Shown piece after piece: positions 41,016 to 52,027 of a stretch of 64,000 nt of DNA. Where the stretch lies: contig CAWENF010000019.1 of the NCBI GenBank assembly GCA_963810275.1, positions 128,001 through 192,000 of the forward strand. The letters run 5' to 3'. The notes under the pieces were generated by a model. It did no database searches, was not told where the DNA came from, and saw only the letters and a program-made list of their open reading frames with translations. A program made the translations under genes and the position numbers. Every line of letters begins with the position of its first letter. Position 1 is the stretch's first letter. Source of the stretch: an uncultured archaeon. GTDB taxonomy: Archaea > Thermoproteota > Bathyarchaeia > Bathyarchaeales > Bathycorpusculaceae.

Positions 41016-43298
41016 AAGTCGAATAAGCCCCTCTGCTGGGTCTCGGGTTCTTTGGCAGCGGTTTTAAGTGCTTCCCATTCGTCTTTTTTGACGTAGCCGC
41101 CCACTTGTTCCTTAATTTTTTTCGCCAATCTTGGACCTACAGACGGTAGGTTTGTGAGTTCTTCTATTGAAGCGTGTTTTAGGTCTTCTACGGTTTGGTA
41201 GCCCGCGTTAAAGATTATGCGTCCGCGGACTCTGCCGACGCCCTCCAACGCCACAATTGGCATCAACTCCCGCTTAATGCCCTTGCCAACCCGCTCTACC
41301 AACTCCAAACTCATAGTGGTAATATCCTTGTTTTTAGCTACTACAGGCGACAGCTCCTCAGTTGCATGCAGTAGCCACTTTGCGTTCTCAATGGTGCGGT
41401 ACAGGTCGCCGGGCTGCACATTGAAGCGCTCCATCAGCTTGTCTTCGGGTACTTCCTCAATCCAACTGTTAAGCACCATCGCCGTCTTGACTTCGCCAAG
41501 GAACTCTGCGTAGCCGATGTAGTCGCTTTGTTCTGGTGCCTCAATGAAAAACTCTTCTATATGACCTTCGAGTTCGATGGAGAGTTTATCGACTTCGCGC
41601 TGGTAGGGGCGCATGGTTGGTCCCATGTCTGGGGTATGAGCGATTAAATGCAGCAGGCTAAACTCTGTTAGCATCGGCGGGTTATTTTGCAATGCATCGC
41701 GGATAATCACGCCTGAGAGGGGGTCAATGTATAGTTCGCTTATCCGCTTCCCAAACGGTGTCGCACGAATGTCATCTGCTCCGATCACATAAATCATTTT
41801 TTCATCGTGGAGGAATCGGAGGATTTTTTTGATGACGGCTTCGATGGCTTTAACGTCGTATTGGTACGCATAGAATGTTTTGGCGAAAAACTCGTAGATA
41901 CCCCTCTCAGTGTGGGCATAGTCCGAAGCTATAGTTGATAGGACGTGGGTGCGGATGATTTTCTCTACGGCAAGCCTTGACCAGATGCGTTCGGGCTTGG
42001 CGAGTACGTAGTTTTCCATGAGGAAATCCATTTCGTCCGCTGTTTTGGCCACTAACACGGATTCACCGAACTTGTCGTATTTCGGTCTCCCCGCTCTGCC
42101 CGCCATCTGCTTATAGTCAAGGACGGGGATGGGATAGTTACCCAAGCCTGCCTCGAAGCGGCGATAGTCCTGGATTATGACGGTGCGTGCGGGTAGGTTG
42201 ACTCCCCAAGCCAATGTCGGCGTCGCAGTCAAAACCTTGATTTTGCGCTCTTTGAAGGCATCTTCGATGATTTTTCGGTGCACCCCCGACAGCCCCGCAT
42301 GGTGGTAAGCCACACCGTTGCTGACAAGCTCGGCAAGTTCATCACTAAGCTGTGTGTGTTCGCCTGCATTACGGATCTTTTCCGCCTCTGCGTCGAGCAC
42401 CTCCCGGTTTCGGGCTTCGGTGCTTTTCTTAACCAGCTTGCTGCCGCTTTTAGGGACCAGAATCTTGTCCATGTGACTGGCAACAAGTTTCGCTGCTGAA
42501 ACGGAGTTCTTTCTTGTAGATGCAAAAATCAATGCCTGACCTCCACCTCGCAATGTGTTTAGCACCATGTTGACGACAGTTAAGCGGGTTTCTTGCTCGA
42601 TTTTGCGGGATTCCCCGTTTTTGTACTGGATTTCGTCCTGCAAGATGACGCCCTCTTTCAAATTGATGGGGCGCCAGGTTGTCACTATATGACGTGCATT
42701 TAGCCATCCAGCGATTTCATCCACGTTGTTGATGTTGCGGATAATGCGAGGATTTGGATTTGGGGATTACACTGCATGAGCCGCGCCAAGACGATTTCGA
42801 GGGTAGGTCCGCGGGCAGCCTCATTTAATAGGTGTACCTCGTCGGCTATGACGGCTCCGATGTTGTCCATCCATTTCGCTCGGTGTCGGAGAAGCGAGTC
42901 GGCTTTCTCGTTTGTAGTGATTATAACGTCATGGCGGGCGAGCCAATTGTCGGCGGTGTCGAAGTCGCCTGTGCTGATTCCGACACTCACCTTGCTGCCG
43001 TCGGGTTTGGTGATGGCGGTGTATTTCTGGAACTCCTCAAACTTCTCTGACAGCCAAAGCACGTAAGGGTGAAAGATAGATGACTTTTCCGCCTCCCTCC
43101 AGCACGTGCTTCATTGCGCAGAGCTCCGCTATGAGGGTTTTACCTGAGGCTGTGGGGCTTGCCAACAACAATATTGTGAGCCTCCGAGCACTCCTGCTCC
43201 GTATGCATTCCTCCTGAGGTGGAAACAGCTCGCAAATGCCGCAGCCCAGTGAGGATTTGTTTAACTGAATCTGCGATGGGCAGCTCTGCAATTTTCAG
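41012..43298 (-). CDS. hel308: Hel308/Ski2-like SF2 helicase, several frameshifts in the 5' third
   Basis: ASPTASGKT, DEVH, LSAT, HHAGL, TPTLAWGVNLPA, QMAGRAGRP, C-terminal HhH; pieces are spread over four ORFs. Confidence 0.88.
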
Positions 43299-43563
43299 GT
43301 TAATCGCCGAAATAAGTTATGATGTCGGTAAGTATGATTCGGTGGGTTATTAGGGTTTTTAACGTTTTGTTCTGCGCACTTTTTTCGGGTTGAGTAAGCT
43401 TTGTAGTTTAAATCACAAGTCATTACGTTATTTTTCCGTGATTTTAAATTCGACCCGTTTTATATTTGAAAATACGTTTTGGCGGTTAGGTTTTTTTAGT
43501 TGAAACCCCACTACACAAGGTGACGAGTTATCTATCCAACAAAAACTTATGGTAGGATACTGT

Positions 43564-44784
43564 ATGGTTGAAAACGTCAAAGAACTTCTCAAACTCCACG
43601 AAGGCATAACCCACGAAGTCTACCTAGACAACGAAAACAGCAGCATCGTCCCCCAAGAAGTCGTAGACGCAATGCTCCCGTACTACAACAAAAAAGCCTA
43701 CGGTAACCCCACTCTAACCCACAAACCCGGCTGGGAAGCATTCGAAACAGTAATGGGGTGCTTTCAAAAAATTAGCCGAACCTTAGGTGCAAAACTTGAA
43801 GAAGTCACCTTCACCCCCGGAGAAACCGAAGCCAACAACCTCGCAATCATAGCCGGCTGCTTCGCCCAAAAAGGCAAAGGCAAAAAAATAGTCATCTCAG
43901 AAATCGAACCCATAAACGTCCTGCAAGTAGCAGAAATGATGAGCAAATTCGGCTACGTAACCCAGAAAGTCCCCGTGGACCGAGAAGGCTTCATCAACTT
44001 AGAAAAACTCAAAGCAGCAGTCGACAAAGACACTGTCCTAGTCAGCCTCCACTCAGTGAACAACGAAGTCGGCACCATCCAACCCATAAAAGAAGCTGTC
44101 GATATAGCCAAAACCCAAAACCCAAACGTACTTTTTCACACCGACGCCTCAGACGCCTACGGCAGAATACCCCTAAATGTCTCTGACCTCAAAGTCGACT
44201 TGGCAACATTTAGCAGCTTCAAAATCCAAGGACCCAGAGGCATGGGCGCCCTCTACGTTAAGGAAGGCGTAACCCTCGAACGCATCATCGAAGGTCCTAT
44301 TGGCACGCAGAAGCTGTGGCCAGGTGTCGAAAACACTCCCCTTATCGTTGGATTTACCAAAGCCTCCGAGTTGGCATTCGCAGATTTCGAAAGTAACGTT
44401 GCGAGACTCCGAAGTTTACGCGACAAACTAGTAGATGGAATATTTAGCGAACTCACTGACCTGCGGTTTAACGGGCCTGAAGGCGACAAACGCAGCCCCG
44501 ACAACGCCAACATCAGCATTTTGCGAGCCGAAGGTGAAGCCCTAACAATAGAACTCAGCTTGAGCGGTGTCTATGTTTCCAGCGGAAGTGCATGCAGCCG
44601 CCGCCTCTTGCAACCCAGCCATGTCTTAATCGCCATCGGACGCGTTTACGAAGAAGCCCACGGCAGTATTCTTATGAAAGTTACGCGCAGCCACACAGAA
44701 GATGATATTAGTTACGTTTTAGAAGTTCTACCTAAAGCAGTGAACCGTATCAGAGGGATAGTTGGCTCAACAGGAGTGCACTAA
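43564..44784 (+). CDS. IscS/NifS-like protein with a degenerate PLP/substrate site (probable pseudo-desulfurase)
   Basis: Group I fold and SSGSACS loop present, but canonical motifs are replaced by DNENSS, GETE, EPINV, DASD, SSFK, WPGV and GSILMK. Confidence 0.85.
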   Translation: MVENVKELLKLHEGITHEVYLDNENSSIVPQEVVDAMLPYYNKKAYGNPTLTHKPGWEAFETVMGCFQKISRTLGAKLEEVTFTPGETEANNLAIIAGCFAQKGKGKKIVISEIEPINVLQVAEMMSKFGYVTQKVPVDREGFINLEKLKAAVDKDTVLVSLHSVNNEVGTIQPIKEAVDIAKTQNPNVLFHTDASDAYGRIPLNVSDLKVDLATFSSFKIQGPRGMGALYVKEGVTLERIIEGPIGTQKLWPGVENTPLIVGFTKASELAFADFESNVARLRSLRDKLVDGIFSELTDLRFNGPEGDKRSPDNANISILRAEGEALTIELSLSGVYVSSGSACSRRLLQPSHVLIAIGRVYEEAHGSILMKVTRSHTEDDISYVLEVLPKAVNRIRGIVGSTGVH

Positions 44785-44785
44785 A

Positions 44786-45301
44786 ATGTCACGTATACCA
44801 TTACCATACAACCCTAAAGTTATGGATTTGTTCCGTAACCCCAAAAACCTGGGCAAAATGGAGGACGCAACCGTCATCGCAATCGCAGGTAACCCTGCAT
44901 GCGGAGACATGATAACCTTCTACATGAAAATCAAGGAGCAGACCCAGGTTATCGAGAAGGCTCAGTTTGAAAGCTACGGCTGCGCAGCCAACATCGCAAC
45001 CAGCAGCATAGTAACGGAGATGGTCAAAGGCTTAACATTGGAAAATGCCTGGAAAAACATCACCTGGCAGAAGGTCACCGAGGAAATCGGCGGCCTGCCC
45101 AGTGTTAAATTCCACTGCGGAGTCCTAGCCGTCGGCGCACTTAAACGTGCAGTTAGGCTTTACTTTGAACAGAAAAAAATCCCAACCCCCGACTGGCTTC
45201 CAGCAGAACACACATTCGAGGAAAAGCAAGCGCTTGAAGAAGAGGAATTGGCAAAGACTCTCTCTAAGAGGATGAAGCCTGAGGCAGAAAAGAAACAGTG
45301 A
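44786..45301 (+). CDS. iscU: Fe-S cluster scaffold IscU/NifU with a charged C-terminal extension
   Basis: GNPACGD, YGCAANIATSS, LPSVKFHC (three Cys plus His). Confidence 0.92.
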   Translation: MSRIPLPYNPKVMDLFRNPKNLGKMEDATVIAIAGNPACGDMITFYMKIKEQTQVIEKAQFESYGCAANIATSSIVTEMVKGLTLENAWKNITWQKVTEEIGGLPSVKFHCGVLAVGALKRAVRLYFEQKKIPTPDWLPAEHTFEEKQALEEEELAKTLSKRMKPEAEKKQ

Positions 45302-46533
45302 ACATCCAAGCTATACGCCGGGACTTCCCCATAATAGAGAGGACAATCAACGGCAAACCTCTCATTTACTTTGATAACGCAGCAACCACCCAGAAACCTC
45401 GCCAGGTCATCGAAGCAATAGTCGACTTTTACAATAATCACAACGCGAACGTGCATCGCGGCGTACATACGCTGAGCATGGAAGCCACAGAAATGCACGA
45501 GCAAGCACGCGAACGGATCGCCGAATTTATTAATGCTAAGTCGGAGCGTGAAATCGTTTTTGTTAGGGGTACAACCGAAGCCATCAACCTCGTTGCGCAT
45601 TCGTTGGGCTGCAGCAGCCTAGGCATAGGGGATGAAGTGCTGGTTTCGCTTATGGAGCATCACAGCGACATCGTGCCTTGGGAAATCCTTGCTCAGTGTA
45701 AGGGCTTTAAAATTAAATATGCAAATGTATTTGACAACGGTACTCTTGACTACGAGGATTTTGAAGCTAAAATCAACAAGAACACACGAATATGCTGCCT
45801 AAGCCAAGTCAGCAACGTAACAGGTGTCATAAACGACGTTAAACGAATAACTAAAGCCGCCCACGACAGCGGTTCTCTGATGCTTGTTGACGGCGCCCAA
45901 TCCGTACCTCACATGCCAGTGGATGTGCAGGACATCGGCATAGATTTCTTGGCGTTTTCGGGACACAAAATGCTCGGACCCACAGGAATCGGCGTTCTTT
46001 ACGGCAGAGACGATGTGCTCAAAAAGATGACTCCTTTCCAAGGTGGCGGAGAAATGATAAAAGAAGTCTCAATGCAACATGGGCACTGCACAATTTCTTG
46101 GAATGAGCTACCATGGAAGTTTGAGGCAGGCACCCCAAACATTGAAGGTGCAATAGGGTTTGGTGCCGCCGTTAAATACCTCCAAAACCTGGGCATGCAA
46201 AGCGTGTTTAGCCATGAAAAAAAACTGACAGAGTACGCTTACAGCCGCCTACGAAATTTAAGTAATATACACCTCTACGGCACAACTGATGTGTCCAAAA
46301 AATGTGGCATCATACCTTTTGGTATAGAAGGCTTCAGTTCGCATGAAACTGCAGCGCTGTTTGATGAGTTTGGCGTTGCACTGCGTAGTGGCTACCACTG
46401 CGCACAGCCGCTGCACGAAATCTTAAAACTAAACTCTACAGCGCGGGCAAGCTTCTACATATACAACACTAAAGAAGAAATAGACCGTTTTATTGAAGTC
46501 TTAGGGGAGATAGATAATGTCTACAGTCGCTGA
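45298..46533 (+). CDS. sufS: Group II cysteine desulfurase SufS
   Basis: FDNAATT, RGTTEA, MEHHSD, VDGAQS, FSGHKM, FEAGTP, RSGYHCAQP and ARASF are all intact. Confidence 0.92.
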   Translation: MNIQAIRRDFPIIERTINGKPLIYFDNAATTQKPRQVIEAIVDFYNNHNANVHRGVHTLSMEATEMHEQARERIAEFINAKSEREIVFVRGTTEAINLVAHSLGCSSLGIGDEVLVSLMEHHSDIVPWEILAQCKGFKIKYANVFDNGTLDYEDFEAKINKNTRICCLSQVSNVTGVINDVKRITKAAHDSGSLMLVDGAQSVPHMPVDVQDIGIDFLAFSGHKMLGPTGIGVLYGRDDVLKKMTPFQGGGEMIKEVSMQHGHCTISWNELPWKFEAGTPNIEGAIGFGAAVKYLQNLGMQSVFSHEKKLTEYAYSRLRNLSNIHLYGTTDVSKKCGIIPFGIEGFSSHETAALFDEFGVALRSGYHCAQPLHEILKLNSTARASFYIYNTKEEIDRFIEVLGEIDNVYSR

Positions 46534-46774
46534 TTATGTCTCGCGTATCGAGGGCACTTGTGGCGCAGAAAGCGACGTCATAGTTAACTTCAAATACGAA
46601 AAAAAAGACGAAGCCATCGCTAACATAATGAAAAAAGCTACGTTAAAAAACACCATCGCAGGAATAATTTTCGAGTTAACGTTTGACGGGCGCTCTTTTC
46701 GACTTTACACAAGCGGTAAAGCTATCTTCCGAGGATTCAAAACTAAAACCGAACTAGTGAATTATCTTGGCTAA
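46517..46774 (+). CDS. Small single-Cys protein resembling the C-terminal domain of ThiF/MoeB-family adenylyltransferases
   Basis: EGTCG...FELTFDGRSFRLYTSGKAIFRG; overlaps the sufS stop by 17 nt. Confidence 0.65.
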   Translation: MSTVADYVSRIEGTCGAESDVIVNFKYEKKDEAIANIMKKATLKNTIAGIIFELTFDGRSFRLYTSGKAIFRGFKTKTELVNYLG

Positions 46775-46839
46775 ACTTCTGCTCTAACCGCACGAACCAT
46801 TTTTATAGATTCACATATAAATAGAACCAAAAGCTAAAG

Positions 46840-47958
46840 ATGTTCAATCCAGTGAGAACTTGGCTAAAACTGAGGAAAAGCGATATATTACTACAACAGA
46901 AAAGTAGAAAGCCGAGTGTTTCAATCATAATCCCCACCTACAAACGTGGGCACCTGCTAAAGCATCTTTTAAATGCATTAACAAATCAGACCAGCAGCGA
47001 TTTCGAAGTCTTAATTGTAGTAAAACCAAGCGGAGATGAAACCGAAGATGTTGTCAGAGCGTATAGTGACAAACTGAGAACAAACCTGATCATACAAACT
47101 CAAGGTTTTGTTGTTGATGCACTAAATCTTGGGTTAGAAAGTGCCGAGGGTAAAATCATCCTTTTTCTTGACGATGATGCCATCCCCTTCCCAAACTTAG
47201 TACACTTATACATCATTTCATATGAACAACAAAAAATAGGTGGCGTCGCAGGGGACGTCATACCCATAACTCTTAGAGACGGCGAGATATGTCCCTTCGA
47301 GGGAACTCCCTCAGAGATAGTGCCTGCAGATCATTCTTGTCAGGCTTCTATTTCTGCAAAATTTTGTAATCTTCCAATAAAGGGACAAGATGATTACATG
47401 ATCTACCTATCTAAAGCAGGATTCGTCTCGGTGAATTTTGCGGTTGCAAATCGTGCGCTGGCTCACACGAGGCATTCTCTTCTCGCCAAAGGAGCAAATA
47501 TGTCCATCTTAGCAAAAGCCGCTGAAGGATTCAAGTTCCCAACTTCATGGATCTTTGGCTTAACCTTCGAGCAGTACTTAGGTTGGTACTTATGGAAAAA
47601 GGGCTACATTGTTCTTTTTAACCCGAAAATCAAGGCTTACCATATCCATCACGGACAATCATTATCACGCAATATAAGAAATGCAAAAAAAGAAGCGGTC
47701 CTCTACACAGAGTCCAGATTGCTATTCTTCAGACTCTACGGCATCGAACCTGAGCTTTCATTAATGCATAGGCTTGTATTTCTATTGATGGAAACGGCTA
47801 TTGACATTAAAAGTATTTGCCTACACAAAGAAACCTTCCGAATAAGTAGATTTAGGAACAAGTTTTATGCAGAGTTGCTGGGTTTGAGGTGGCTTATTTA
47901 CAAAAGGGCAGGGTCGAATTATTCGCCGCTCGAAGATTTGAAGAAAATTCTACAATAG
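46840..47958 (+). CDS. Glycosyltransferase family 2
   Basis: VSIIIPTYKR, ILFLDDDA, GANMS. Confidence 0.88.
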   Translation: MFNPVRTWLKLRKSDILLQQKSRKPSVSIIIPTYKRGHLLKHLLNALTNQTSSDFEVLIVVKPSGDETEDVVRAYSDKLRTNLIIQTQGFVVDALNLGLESAEGKIILFLDDDAIPFPNLVHLYIISYEQQKIGGVAGDVIPITLRDGEICPFEGTPSEIVPADHSCQASISAKFCNLPIKGQDDYMIYLSKAGFVSVNFAVANRALAHTRHSLLAKGANMSILAKAAEGFKFPTSWIFGLTFEQYLGWYLWKKGYIVLFNPKIKAYHIHHGQSLSRNIRNAKKEAVLYTESRLLFFRLYGIEPELSLMHRLVFLLMETAIDIKSICLHKETFRISRFRNKFYAELLGLRWLIYKRAGSNYSPLEDLKKILQ

Positions 47959-48071
47959 ATTTTCATGAATAGTTATATTTCAAAACCTTTAGATAACTAA
48001 AGAAGTGTGCCCTCTATGCAGAACCTTTCAGTACTCACCAAAACTGTACTTATCTTGGATGTCGAGGAGTT

Positions 48072-49169
48072 ATGAAAGTCTGCATGATTTCAGGTCTGGC
48101 TAAGTTTTCTGGGGGGCTCGAAAATGTTGTTGAAGCAATAAGCAAATCCCTTGTTGTTCGCGATATTGCAGTGGATATTTTTGGCAAAAGCAACCGCGAT
48201 TTTGTTGAATACCATAATAAGTGTAGAATAATCGGGGTTCGCCCATATTCTCTGGTCCCTCATTTGCGGGGAATCCCAAGATATGGCAAATATCAATACA
48301 ACCTTAGAGTTTATATGAAAAGTAAAACCTATGGACCTTATGACTTGATTCATGGGCACGGAGACAACTGCTTTTTCTCCTCACTATTCAGAGAAAAAAC
48401 TCCTTTCCTAATGACATTTCACGGGACAATGGCAAAGATTTTGGATGATGTTTCAGATCCACGGCTCAAACCAGTTCTTTATCCTGAAAGAGTTGCAGTC
48501 AACCGATGTGATGTCGCCGTTGCTTGTTCGAGAGCTGTGAAAAACGAGTTAACTTACTATTATGGAACCTCGGCTGGAAAGATCAAAGTAATCTATAACG
48601 GAATTGATGTGAAAAAGTTTGCGCCAATGGATAAAAAGGCAGCTCGAAGAAAACTTGGCATGCCTGAAAGCGGTAAATATGCGCTTTGGGTGGGTAGCAA
48701 TCCCACTCGGAAAAGGCTGAAGACAGCGGTTAAAGCCGTTGAAAAATCAAAATGCTCGAAGTTGCTGGTAGTTGGAATGACTGGAGAAAACATGAGAAAA
48801 ACCGTTTTTCTTGGGAAGCTTCCTGAGGCAGCTCTGATTGCTGCTTACAGCGCCGCAGATGTGCTAATTTTTCCAACAGCCTATGAGGGCTTTCCAATAG
48901 TTCCATTAGAAGCCCTTTCATGTGGTCTACCCGTAATAGCATCCGAGGAGTCGAATATAGGTGAAATAATCGAAGAGAGTAAGCATGGTTTCATTGTTAA
49001 AGACGGCAACCCGAACTGTTATCAGCGAAAAATCGACCAAATCATAAACGACGATTCTGCACTGAATCAAATATCCATAAATTGTCGTGAACTGGCTTTG
49101 GATTACAGCTGGCAAAAGCAGGCGAATAAGTACTGGTTAATCTACCGGAGTCTCCTAAGAAATAGGTAA
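48072..49169 (+). CDS. Glycosyltransferase family 4
   Basis: GGLE, IYNGID, EGFPIVPLEALSCGLPVI. Confidence 0.9.
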   Translation: MKVCMISGLAKFSGGLENVVEAISKSLVVRDIAVDIFGKSNRDFVEYHNKCRIIGVRPYSLVPHLRGIPRYGKYQYNLRVYMKSKTYGPYDLIHGHGDNCFFSSLFREKTPFLMTFHGTMAKILDDVSDPRLKPVLYPERVAVNRCDVAVACSRAVKNELTYYYGTSAGKIKVIYNGIDVKKFAPMDKKAARRKLGMPESGKYALWVGSNPTRKRLKTAVKAVEKSKCSKLLVVGMTGENMRKTVFLGKLPEAALIAAYSAADVLIFPTAYEGFPIVPLEALSCGLPVIASEESNIGEIIEESKHGFIVKDGNPNCYQRKIDQIINDDSALNQISINCRELALDYSWQKQANKYWLIYRSLLRNR

Positions 49170-49202
49170 GCTCCCGTCAGGGAAACAACTGACTTTTTTC
49201 AA

Positions 49203-50349
49203 CTATTTACCTCCTTGCAAAAACCCCTCTACATTAGCCCAAATTTGTTCCTCAAACTTTTCAGGTTTTAGTACCGAAATCTTCTCACGTAGCGGCTTTT
49301 TCCTTATATTCCAGATTTCAAAACCATACCTTGACTCAGATAATCTGACGATTTTTTCTTTAAGGTCTTCTAATGTGTTCCAGCGATACTCTTTTGGGAT
49401 GAAGTCTCCGCTGCCGCCACTATTATGGACCAGTGTTATGCAGCCGCTTGCCAATGCTTCCATGGGTGCAATGCCGAAATGTTCGCCTTCCATAAGATGG
49501 CAGTAAATGGTTGAATCCTTTAGTAGAGTGATTAACTCTTTTTCAGGCAAGTTTGGCTTAACTGTGTAGTTAGTTGGAAGGGTCTTCGAGAAGTCCTCAA
49601 ACCATGCTTGCTCTGTATCTCTAAGCAAGCCGACGCTCACAAACTGTAACTGGGGAAAATAAACCGCTAGCTGTTTTAGTATTTCATGCCTTTTTGATGG
49701 AACAAACCTCGCTGTATAGACTACTCGGTTAACTCGTCCTGCAAGGGGTTTTTCAGACCAGAAAGGCGTCTCAACAGGCGGATAGGCAACAATGGGGTTT
49801 ACGATGCCAAATTTGCCCCAATATTTTTGGATAGCTGTTTTGGTGTATTTGCTGTTGCAAAATACTAACCCCAATTGGTTTATGTGGCGTTCAAGCTGAG
49901 TCTTGTAAAGCCACCAATACATCTTCTTAGTTGTCTTGCAATGGGCGTAGTAGTCAGGAATTTCTGGAAAGTGCACGTAAGCGATGTTTTTTCTGCTTTT
50001 CTTAAAGAGCTCAGTTTCAAAGGCCGATATAGTTTGGGTGCTAAACATGTAATCGTACTTTGCACTGGCTTTGTATTTTTTTAGTAGCTTGACTATGTTT
50101 CGGCGTCTTTTATACATAGACAGCGGCGGGTTAGCTTCCATAGTATTTCGGTTGCCCAGCATATGAACTAAAACACCACGGGGTATTCCTTCGCCTATTA
50201 TTTCTCGATAATGCTTCTCTTCAAAATCAAAAGATAGCAGCTCCACCTGCTGACCACGCAGTGAGAAGGGCTTTGATGATGTGGTGACAGACACGTTCCC
50301 CGCCTCCGTAGATATCTAAGTTTGGGTGTACAACAAGATATTTTGGCAT
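49203..50349 (-). CDS. ALG11-like GT4 glycosyltransferase, paralog A (frameshift near 50262)
   Basis: ATG at 50349 gives VHPNLDIYGGGERVC; downstream YVHFPE, CNSKYT, YPPV, ARFVPSKRHE, EHFGIAPMEALASG, HNSGG. Confidence 0.85.
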
Positions 50350-50391
50350 ACCACAACATCAACTTAGGTAGCTATTATTTTTTTGAGTTAA

Positions 50392-51919
50392 TCAAGATTT
50401 CTCAATGCCTATTTTGTCTGTTTTCTGAGCGCTAATTTTGCTTTAGCCTTTGTTCGACTAACCCAGTTCACAGCAGGAAGTAACGGATACTTTACGGAGT
50501 CAGGCAGGGCATCTTTAAGTTCTCTATGTAACCCCAGCTTGATAGCGAATTTACCTTTTCGGTAATAGGCACGTAATAACGCGTTATTGGAAATTTTGCG
50601 AAACCATTGTTTTCTTTGAATTTATCCAGTGAGGGATGATTCCCAATTCGGCCATACATCAGCCACTTTTCACCCTTCCCAGTGCAGACCTCGACTGCTT
50701 TGGCTATGAGTGCGTTGTTGACGGATTTATCAAAGTACTTCTGCATCGAAAGAATATTTGAGAGTATGGCAATGTTATCGCCGTGCAGTATCTGGATAAA
50801 ACCAGCTAACTCATCGGCAAAGTATGCAGCGATAAATGTCGAGTTTTTCTCTGAATACATATTCGCTGAAACATTCTCAATGGATTCGCCGTAATGTGGA
50901 AAAGCGCGACCCTGCCTAATGGGCGTCTCGTTATAAATTTTCCATATACCTTCAGCCAATTCGTCACTTTGAGACGCAACTGAAACTTTTATGTCGTCCT
51001 TTTCGGCTTTTCGGACCATGTTTCTGGTTTTTTTACCAATGGTGCTCCACCAAGCTTGGTAGTCTTTTATCTCCAGTAACCCAATATTATCGTCGGTTTT
51101 AACCCAGGTGCTTGGTGGATTGATAATTGGGCAGCACCATTTTCGGTCAATAAACGTAAAGATGTCTGCTCCTCTGAGTTGGAGTTTACACAAGAAATCC
51201 TCTGTTGGGTTGACGTTTTTGTAGTATTCTCTAAAGTCTCGAGCGATCTTAACTGTTAATGTATTGCGCATGCTGACTGTATCAAGGTCGGCATCAACTT
51301 CCAGCATGGTCTTTAGCGTATCGTAAAAGGGACCCCTCTGAGTTTTATTTGTAGTCTGAAAAAGCCACTCTGGATGCATCGACATAACTTTCCCCTGCTC
51401 AATCCACTCCTGTGTTTCTTTAACCGCAGTTTCGAAACCGCGCAAATAGCGCTCTCTATCTAGACTCATAGTTTGCAAATCATGAAAAGAAGTCAAGGCA
51501 AAATCTTTTGGAATGCTGGCTTGTGTTTGGCTAAGATTTCGGCCCCAGAGTATCTGAGCTAAAAGTCTTTGGGTTCCGTGGATTGTGTAGTATTTAATGA
51601 CACGGTTTGTTTTAGCTTCTAGGCTTTTCCATTCTTCTTTAGGTCTATTTGCAACATGAAGCGCTACCTCATGCTTATCAGGGCTTAATAGGTCAAGCAA
51701 TCGTTTGTCGGGGATAGTGTAAGGAGTAAAAAACCAGTATGCATTCACGGATTTGGATGATTCATTAACCATCTTTGCGATGATACATGCGTTTCTTAGG
51801 TAATCTTTGCCTTTTCCAGTTTTACGTCGAAACGCTATGTTTAGGAAACTTTTGGTCCTTGAAGGATAAGGGTAATCTACATCGATTCTTAGTTTAATCA
51901 TTGCTGCCTCAGTTGCCAA
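50392..51919 (-). CDS. Polysaccharide deacetylase-like domain fused to a GNAT/FemAB-like domain (frameshift near the 3' end)
   Basis: RIDVD, HEVALH, TIHG and SMHP in the N-half; KKTRNMVRKAEK, NALIAKAVE and SLDKFKENNGF in the C-half. Confidence 0.65.
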
Positions 51920-52027
51920 GTTTAGTGAGCCCCAATTTTAGTTATAAACCCTTCTAAGTTACTGAACTCGAATTAAAATCAACCCGCAGCATAATAGTAA
52001 AAAAATGTGCTCACAACCTGAGTGTTA

